Positions 16,595 to 22,890 of a stretch of DNA of 22,890 nucleotides are shown piece by piece. The stretch is taken from assembly GCA_034722955.1 (NCBI GenBank), contig JAYEOM010000020.1, positions 1-22,890 of the forward strand, given 5' to 3'. The DNA comes from Campylobacterota bacterium (lineage in GTDB: Bacteria; Campylobacterota; Campylobacteria; Campylobacterales; Sulfurovaceae). The notes under the pieces are model-generated. The model was given only the letters and a program-made list of their open reading frames with translations, was not told where the DNA came from and did not search any database. Numbering within the stretch: position 1 is the first letter of the stretch; the number at the start of each line of letters is the position of its first letter. The position numbers and the translations under genes were made by a program.

Positions 16595-17845
16595 TTAGCG
16601 AATGATAGTATCTTCTCTCTGCGGACTTGTAGAGATGATACCCATCTTGGTGCCGATCATCTCTTCTAGTGCTTCGATATACGATCTTGCTGTATTGGGC
16701 AGTGCATCGAAACTCTTCACACCCTCTGTCTTGTCCCATCCGGGAAAAGATCTATAGAGTGGTTTTGCATCTTCCAGATCATAAGGCACATGAGTGATCT
16801 CTCTGCCATCAACCTCATAAGCTACACAGACTTTGACCTCATCAAAACCATCCAATACATCGAGCTTCATCAATGCTACCTGATCTACACCATTGATACG
16901 CACTGCATGCTTCATCGCCACAGCATCGAACCAGCCACAGCGTCTCGGACGACCTGTAGTCGTACCAAACTCATGACCGTTTTTGCGTAGTCTCTCACCC
17001 TCTTCGCCAAAATCCTCACTAGGGAAAGGACCATTTCCCACGCGTGTACAGTAAGCTTTTGCAATACCTGTAACTCTGCCTATATCCTTTGGGTTGAGTC
17101 CCAATCCACTGCATGCACCTGCACTGACTGTAGTAGAGCTAGTAACATACGGATAAGTTCCATGGTCTATATCGAGCATAGTACCTTGAGCCCCCTCTAG
17201 TAGCATCTTTTTGCCATCATCCAGTGCTTCCCAAACCAGCAGGGTAGTATCTACTATATATGGTGACAATATACTCTCATAACCCTTCAGCTCCTCAAGT
17301 AGAGAGAGTTCATCTGGAGTCTCTACACCCATCACATCAAATATCGCACGATTCTCATCAAAGTAAGCCATGATCTTCTTGGCCAACTTCTTAGGATGGT
17401 GCAACTCTCCCACTCTATGTCCCACTCTAGCTATCTTGTTACCATAAGCAGGACCGATACCCTTGCCTGTAGTACCTATAGCTTTGTCGCCCTTCATCTT
17501 CTCTTTCGCCTGATCGATCAGAGCATGATAGGGGAGAAGCAGATGTGCTTTATCTGAGATAAAGAGTCTGCCCTCAAGATCATCAAACTGACTCATCTCT
17601 TTGATGAAATCCACAGGAGAGAGTACGACACCATTTCCCACAATATTTTTGGCTTTGGGGTTCAATACACCTGAGGGGATCAGGTGTAGTGCATATACCT
17701 TGTCGCCTACTACGATCGTATGACCAGCATTGTGACCACCTGCAAAACGACACACTATATCATGTGTCTGTGCCATGTGATCGACTATCTTACCCTTACC
17801 TTCATCTCCCCACTGGAGTCCTACGATTAGATCTGCTCTATTCAT
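16595..17845 (-). CDS. purA: Adenylosuccinate synthetase, 416 aa
   Basis: [33 protein letters not shown] and [16 protein letters not shown] motifs. Start is ATG 17845 or the alternative 17857. Confidence 0.99.
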   Translation of the reverse strand: MNRADLIVGLQWGDEGKGKIVDHMAQTHDIVCRFAGGHNAGHTIVVGDKVYALHLIPSGVLNPKAKNIVGNGVVLSPVDFIKEMSQFDDLEGRLFISDKAHLLLPYHALIDQAKEKMKGDKAIGTTGKGIGPAYGNKIARVGHRVGELHHPKKLAKKIMAYFDENRAIFDVMGVETPDELSLLEELKGYESILSPYIVDTTLLVWEALDDGKKMLLEGAQGTMLDIDHGTYPYVTSSTTVSAGACSGLGLNPKDIGRVTGIAKAYCTRVGNGPFPSEDFGEEGERLRKNGHEFGTTTGRPRRCGWFDAVAMKHAVRINGVDQVALMKLDVLDGFDEVKVCVAYEVDGREITHVPYDLEDAKPLYRSFPGWDKTEGVKSFDALPNTARSYIEALEEMIGTKMGIISTSPQREDTIIR

Positions 17846-17859
17846 CTCTCTTCTCATCC

Positions 17860-18705
17860 TTATTCTCTACTCATTTTGTTGGCTATGCACTCATCTGTAT
17901 AGAGTGCAAACCCTGCTGCTTTCATACCATCTACACTATAGATCCCACCCATTGCCAAAAGAGTATTTGCATCGAACATCTTGAAGGTCAATGACTCATA
18001 ATAACGCAGCCTTGCATAGTATAGTGGTGAGATAACTACATCTTCATAGACGATCTCATCTGCAGCTCTCCTGATCTGCTCTAACTCAACGGCTATATCT
18101 TCCGGAAAGATAGTCAAGTCTGACAGATCTTCTCTCTTGTGGAGATGCACCAAACTCTCTATCCACGGAAAATCCGCCTTTAGTATCTGCTCTATATTGG
18201 TCGAACGCAAAAGATCCAGAGATATGCCATACTTCTCATTCAGTAGATGCGGGATACGGATATTGGCTAGTTGCAGTACAGGAGAGAGTTCAAGTTCACG
18301 CATCAAACGCACTGTTGTATTGGCTATCTCGGCAAAACTCCCACCTATAACTTCAGCACCGACTTGATACTGCTCTCTTGTGGGAAAAGTCACTGTAGGC
18401 TGGATATAAAACCACCTCTTAGACTCCATACTCCGACCAAGTCTTTTGGTCACAATACGAACTACATCGACTGTACTGTCTGCACGCAGTGTCACTTCAT
18501 GGTTCTCTTCATCATTGAGTCTGATCAACGGCTTGAGAGTAGAAAAACTCTCATGCTGATGATATGAAAATATCGGTGTTACGATCTCTTCAAAGCCCAA
18601 CTCCTCAAGAGTATCACCGGCTATATTTTCAATCTTTCGTTTGAGCTTGGCACTCTTGCCAAAATAGAGTCTGCTTCCGCTTGGTATCTCATGTTCAAAT
18701 ATCAT
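17860..18705 (-). CDS. hisZ: ATP phosphoribosyltransferase regulatory subunit (HisZ, HisRS-like)
   Basis: [43 protein letters not shown] and GGIY motifs. The hisZ-purA adjacency is common. Confidence 0.85.
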   Translation of the reverse strand: MIFEHEIPSGSRLYFGKSAKLKRKIENIAGDTLEELGFEEIVTPIFSYHQHESFSTLKPLIRLNDEENHEVTLRADSTVDVVRIVTKRLGRSMESKRWFYIQPTVTFPTREQYQVGAEVIGGSFAEIANTTVRLMRELELSPVLQLANIRIPHLLNEKYGISLDLLRSTNIEQILKADFPWIESLVHLHKREDLSDLTIFPEDIAVELEQIRRAADEIVYEDVVISPLYYARLRYYESLTFKMFDANTLLAMGGIYSVDGMKAAGFALYTDECIANKMSRE

Positions 18706-18861
18706 CGCCCTGCTTCTGTTTAATATTATTTTTTAATCGTATAATTCAAAGGATTATATCCAAAGAGTATTTAGGGACTGGTAAAACCAAAGTCAAAATC
18801 AATATCGCACTTTTTGGTTTCAATATGAGGTTTTTCATAGGCGAGGCAATCAACTGCAGAG

Positions 18862-20724
18862 CTACCCCAACTCCACACTCTCCTGACCGATCTCTTTGTA
18901 TCTTTTGTAGTAGTACTCTACAAACTCTCGCACCAACTCATCTTTGGGTAGATAGATACCATCCTCTTTTACGACATATTGATAGAGATAAGTAGCTGCA
19001 TCTGCTCTACGCAGATAGTGTGATACTAGAGCTTTATAAGCAGTTTGATAGTATGCCTTCATAACTTCATAGCGACTATAGTCGATCTGTATAGTCTCGC
19101 TGTAGCTGATAGCCCCACTCCTAAATAGTAGCTCCAGATGTATCAACCCTTCACAGTAGTATGGAAGCACTTCACCCACTTCACGCCAAGCCATCAGACC
19201 AACGGCACGAGAGACTAGATCATCTATCACATGTTTTTTGAGTTGGATATCTTCATCTTCAAAAAATGCCATCAATCCACCTGCTGTCGCTTTGAACTCT
19301 TCTATATTTTTAAATTGTCCCGCCACATTCATCCTGCTCTCTGTATCATTTTCAATCCATAGTATATGACCAAATTCGTGACCAATAGTAGAGATATCGT
19401 AGACTCTATGCCAAAGCTTGGACTCCTCCTCTGCCAATCGCTTCTGCTTCTTGACAAACTCCTCTCCCATCACCTCAAGACTCAGACGCATTACAGGCTT
19501 TGCCTTTTTGGATGCCAGCACAAAGTCAGCATAAGCAAAGATCTTTTTACCCAACTCAGATGAGACCTCTTCATCATTTGGTACCACCTGTGCTGAGAAG
19601 AGTCCATTGAACTGGGCACCATAGTAGAGTGCGGGTTGTCCGATATAGAGCTGTGTCTCCTCCACCTGCATCAGATTGTTTTTTATCACTTCTGGAGCAT
19701 TGCCTCCAATATTTTCTGCTAGCCTAAAAGCAAAAGATTTGATATTGGTACGAGTAGATGAGCTCTCTTGGAGCTTGGGATTGATAATACGCAGATCCCA
19801 CTCCAGTGCTACTGCCTTGCGGTAGTGATCTTCATAATACTCCAGAGGATGCCCTATCTGAAGTGGTGTCGTTATATTCATCCAAGCTCTATCTACATCT
19901 GCCCAGTACCCGATCAACTCATCGGGATGAGTATGTTTAAATGCCATCTTCATCGCAAGTAGATAGGCTATCCACTGATCTTTTTGGTTAAATACAATAT
20001 CCTCTTCCTCTTCAAGTGCGATGATAAAACCATCCAGAGCTTCAGATACTTCAGCAACCTCTGATGCAAAAGCTTCCGCATAAGAGACTCTACGATAATC
20101 TCCATCTGATCCGCAATGCAAAACAGAGTAGCAGCGATCACCGATGCAGCCGTTCTCGTCTAGATCGTAGAGACCATCTCTTTGCAGTTTTTCATAGATC
20201 TCCTCTTCGTTCCCATTGAAACTTCGATAGAGATCACGATTGATTCCATGTATGATATGTGATGTCCAGACACTCTGCCATCCGCTCATAGCTTGCCCGA
20301 CTACATCAACACCGGATATCAGTGTACGATAAAAACTATTTAGGAGTTGATGCTCCTCAATCCATGAGAACAGAGAGGTGTGGCGATTGAGATAAAAACG
20401 GCTCACAAAGAGATATGCTTTCTCTTTTTTGACAATGATGTCATCTTCATTAAAACCTGCTTTTTCCAGCACTTGCTCTAGCGAATCCTCTCTCAGATTG
20501 ATGATCCGCACTAGTGCTGCCATATCAGTTTCATCACTACGCTCCAGTCCTATATCAGATAAAAACAGCTCTACTATTCGTTCGGCCTCTCTATGTGTCC
20601 CATGGATCAAAGTATAATAACTATTTAACTCAGCTTGTCTCTCTTGTAGTTGATCATAAATCTTTTGTAGATCATCCATAAACTGCTGCTTGACTCTATC
20701 TCTACTCTTCTCTATATCCTGCAT
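18862..20724 (-). CDS. ciaB: CiaB (Campylobacter invasion antigen B) homologue
   Basis: LQIGHPLEYYEDHYRKAVALEWD, GLFSAQVVPNDE, TIGHEFGH, FKNIEEFKAT and PYYCEGLIHL resemble CiaB. ATG 20724 lies 6 nt after SD AAAGG. Confidence 0.88.
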   Translation of the reverse strand: MQDIEKSRDRVKQQFMDDLQKIYDQLQERQAELNSYYTLIHGTHREAERIVELFLSDIGLERSDETDMAALVRIINLREDSLEQVLEKAGFNEDDIIVKKEKAYLFVSRFYLNRHTSLFSWIEEHQLLNSFYRTLISGVDVVGQAMSGWQSVWTSHIIHGINRDLYRSFNGNEEEIYEKLQRDGLYDLDENGCIGDRCYSVLHCGSDGDYRRVSYAEAFASEVAEVSEALDGFIIALEEEEDIVFNQKDQWIAYLLAMKMAFKHTHPDELIGYWADVDRAWMNITTPLQIGHPLEYYEDHYRKAVALEWDLRIINPKLQESSSTRTNIKSFAFRLAENIGGNAPEVIKNNLMQVEETQLYIGQPALYYGAQFNGLFSAQVVPNDEEVSSELGKKIFAYADFVLASKKAKPVMRLSLEVMGEEFVKKQKRLAEEESKLWHRVYDISTIGHEFGHILWIENDTESRMNVAGQFKNIEEFKATAGGLMAFFEDEDIQLKKHVIDDLVSRAVGLMAWREVGEVLPYYCEGLIHLELLFRSGAISYSETIQIDYSRYEVMKAYYQTAYKALVSHYLRRADAATYLYQYVVKEDGIYLPKDELVREFVEYYYKRYKEIGQESVELG

Positions 20725-20734
20725 TGTCAACCTT

Positions 20735-21331
20735 TCATTTATATCTTTCGATCACTTTTGATATGATAGGTTTTGCCAATCTCAACGCTTTCCCACGATG
20801 TGAAATCTGAGATTTTTCCACCTCATCGAGCTCACCAAGCGTCTGACTATAACCTGTCGGGATAAATATAGGATCGTATCCAAAACCTTTATCTCCTCTC
20901 ATCTCACCTATTACATCTCCATGCATCCAGCCATGCACTACAGACTCACCATATCTGCTGACTATAGCGATAGCCGCTGTATAGTATGCCGGAGTAGACT
21001 CTATTCCCCTCTCTTTGATGACATCTATTAGTTTATAGAGATTGTCTCTATCTGTCGCACTCTCCCCTGCATATCGTGCGGAGTATATGCCCGGTGCACC
21101 ATCTAAAATCGGTAGAGATATCCCACTATCATCAGATATGACGAGATACTCTTCACCAAGCTTTTCATATATGGTTCTCGCTTTTATGAGTGCATTTTGT
21201 GCAAAGCTATCTCCATCTTCAATGATATCAAACTCTCCTAATAGATCACTGAAGCCTATCACCTCTACTTGGCACATCTGTTTAAATTCACGCAATTTAC
21301 CGCTGTTTCCTGTGGCTAAAACGATTTTCAT
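20735..21331 (-). CDS. rdgB: RdgB/HAM1 non-canonical purine NTP pyrophosphatase
   Basis: [41 protein letters not shown] and SHRGKA motifs. Confidence 0.96.
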   Translation of the reverse strand: MKIVLATGNSGKLREFKQMCQVEVIGFSDLLGEFDIIEDGDSFAQNALIKARTIYEKLGEEYLVISDDSGISLPILDGAPGIYSARYAGESATDRDNLYKLIDVIKERGIESTPAYYTAAIAIVSRYGESVVHGWMHGDVIGEMRGDKGFGYDPIFIPTGYSQTLGELDEVEKSQISHRGKALRLAKPIISKVIERYK

Positions 21332-21352
21332 TTACTATTAACCTTTTTGATA

Positions 21353-21373
21353 TATAATGAGACAAATTTTATC
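21353..21373. promoter_or_regulatory. Overlapping divergent -10 boxes for the MFS gene (+) and rdgB (-)
   Basis: Plus-strand TATAAT at 21353-21358 and minus-strand gaTAAAAT at 21366-21373, within a 59-bp gap. Confidence 0.55.
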
Positions 21374-21390
21374 GTATTTAAGGTATTACT

Positions 21391-22731
21391 ATGTTTAAGC
21401 AGATATTACCCCTAAGTTCCATAGTGGCACTTAGATTTTTTGGACTCTTTATCGTCCTCCCTGTACTCTCCATCTATGCACTGGATATGGAGGGTGCCAC
21501 GACATTTTTGGCAGGGCTTGTTGTGGGGGGATATGCTCTTACTCAAGCACTCTTTCAAGTCCCTTTTGGTCTCATGAGTGACAAGATAGGTCGCAAAAAG
21601 ACACTTCTGTTAGGACTGCTCATCTTTATAGTAGGATCAGTGATCTGTGCACTCAGTGACAACATCTATATGCTTTTGATTGGTCGCTTCCTACAGGGAG
21701 CCGGTGCGATAGGCTCTGTCGTCTCTGCTATGATAGCTGACCTCGTCAAGGAGGAGCAGAGAGCCCATGCTATGGCGATCATGGGTGGAACGATAGCGAT
21801 CAGTTTTGCTGCTGCTATGATCATAGCTCCTGTAGTGGGTGGTGCTTGGGGGATAGACAAGCTATTTTGGTTGACTGCTATTTTGTCCGTCATGGCGATA
21901 GGTATTCTCTTTACAGCTGTACCTCAGCCACCCAAGATCATCCACAGCTATGCAGAGGAGGAGTCCAAGATGGTGGAGGTATTCAAGGATAGATCATTGA
22001 CGCGGATGTATATCACTTTCCTCTTTCACTCATCTATCATGACGATGGCATTTTTCATCATCCCGCTTGTCATGACCGAGTCACTCGAAGATGGCGGTTT
22101 CGGATGGGGGAAGTCTGAGCTATGGAAAGTCTATCTGCCTGCGATGGTCTTTGGACTTTTGTCCATGGGGCCTGCTGCTGTTTTTGGTGAAAAGTATGGA
22201 AAGGGGAGAGAGGTCTTTATGATCTCTATAGCCTCTATACTGTTCGGATTTGTCTTGATGGGGTTTGGTACAGTGCCTTGGGTCTTTATAGTAGGTGTTG
22301 TTCTCTTCTTTATAGGCTTCAATATGTTTGAGCCTCTACTCCAAAGTTTTGTCAGCAAATTTGCCAAAGTACACCAAAAAGGTGCTGCTCTTGGTGTAGC
22401 AAACACCTTTGCCTATACCGGTATCTTTATCGGAGGATTGTTGGCAGGTTACCTTATGGATCACTTTGACAGGGGAGCACTTGCTATGGTTGTTGCCGGA
22501 CTCTCTATCCTATGGTTCATCTGGGTTGCTACGATGCCAAACCCCAACAACAGAGGCAATGTCTATCTCCCTCTGGATATATTTGAACGAGACAGAGTAG
22601 TAGCCCTCACAGAGCATGAAGCTATAGTAGAGAGTTATGTCAATGAGACAGAAAATATAGCCGTAGTCAAGTATGAGAAAGAGATGATAGACGAAGATGT
22701 CATACGAGGAATGCTACTCAAAGAGGAGTAA
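21391..22731 (+). CDS. MFS transporter, YajR-like, with a soluble C-terminal extension
   Basis: About 12 hydrophobic segments, motif A GLMSDKIGRK, GRFLQGAGAIG, and an acidic C-terminal domain of about 60 aa. Confidence 0.9.
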   Translation: MFKQILPLSSIVALRFFGLFIVLPVLSIYALDMEGATTFLAGLVVGGYALTQALFQVPFGLMSDKIGRKKTLLLGLLIFIVGSVICALSDNIYMLLIGRFLQGAGAIGSVVSAMIADLVKEEQRAHAMAIMGGTIAISFAAAMIIAPVVGGAWGIDKLFWLTAILSVMAIGILFTAVPQPPKIIHSYAEEESKMVEVFKDRSLTRMYITFLFHSSIMTMAFFIIPLVMTESLEDGGFGWGKSELWKVYLPAMVFGLLSMGPAAVFGEKYGKGREVFMISIASILFGFVLMGFGTVPWVFIVGVVLFFIGFNMFEPLLQSFVSKFAKVHQKGAALGVANTFAYTGIFIGGLLAGYLMDHFDRGALAMVVAGLSILWFIWVATMPNPNNRGNVYLPLDIFERDRVVALTEHEAIVESYVNETENIAVVKYEKEMIDEDVIRGMLLKEE

Positions 22732-22797
22732 TCAAAATTAGGTTTCCATCTACCCTCTGGTGGTAAGGCTACCCCAATTGGGTGCCACAAGATTCTG

Positions 22798-22890
22798 CTA
22801 TCTTCCCACGGCATGATCTAGTCGTGCCAAGGAGATATAGTAGTCATAGTAGCTGCGAACCAAATCCGAGAGTGACTCTATATACCCTTG
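22798..22890 (-). CDS. 3' end of a probable TolC-family outer-membrane efflux protein (partial, runs off the window)
   Basis: Hand translation ...QGYIESLSDLVRSYYDYYISLARLDHAVGR* resembles the last helix of outer-membrane efflux proteins. Confidence 0.6.
   Translation of the reverse strand, partial: QGYIESLSDLVRSYYDYYISLARLDHAVGR

Noticed and set aside
16551..16739. 62-aa minus-strand ORF overlapping the purA 3' end
   Set aside because: It is an alternative frame of purA with no independent support.
18784..18820. AAACCAAA...TTTGGTTT inverted repeat between ciaB and hisZ
   Set aside because: The 8-bp arms are AT-rich with a 21-nt loop, too weak to call.
293..21341. Many short plus-strand ORFs in the track (e.g. 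293-484, 912-1103, 8287-8571, 15094-15477, 18681-18995, 21042-21341)
   Set aside because: They are antisense shadows of well-supported minus-strand genes and have no recognisable motifs.
21666..22600. ORFs 21666-21893, 22131-22406 and 22409-22600
   Set aside because: They are antisense or out of frame inside the MFS gene.
22767..22786. CCCAATTGGG-centred hairpin between the convergent MFS and TolC-like genes as a bidirectional terminator
   Set aside because: The stem is short and bulged, with no U-tract on either strand.

Overview
Mostly core-genome window from a Campylobacterota bacterium, probably Sulfurovum-like (inferred from protein style and gene order). Almost all genes lie on the minus strand. 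In transcription order they are rdgB, ciaB, hisZ, purA, DUF507, carA, trmA, an orphan ORF, ddl, a DUF1566 protein, ccoNOQP with four accessory genes (one is a 33-aa membrane protein missed by the ORF track), addB, addA, rplM and rpsI. A YajR-like MFS transporter is on the plus strand, and the 3' end of a probable TolC-family gene enters at the right edge. I found no transposase, integrase, reverse transcriptase, CRISPR array, tRNA or rRNA. The most interesting signals are small or non-coding: (1) a structured carA 5' leader with competing anti-SD/anti-anti-SD stems and an SD-led uORF overlapping the carA start; (2) a 52-bp loopless perfect palindrome and an inverted REP-like hairpin doublet with fully compensatory changes; (3) apparently leaderless transcripts for addBA and the orphan gene; (4) a DPP-III-like metallopeptidase motif pair in CiaB; (5) an RlmD-type Fe-S cysteine motif in a TrmA-like enzyme. 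All are hypotheses read from sequence; no database search was run.
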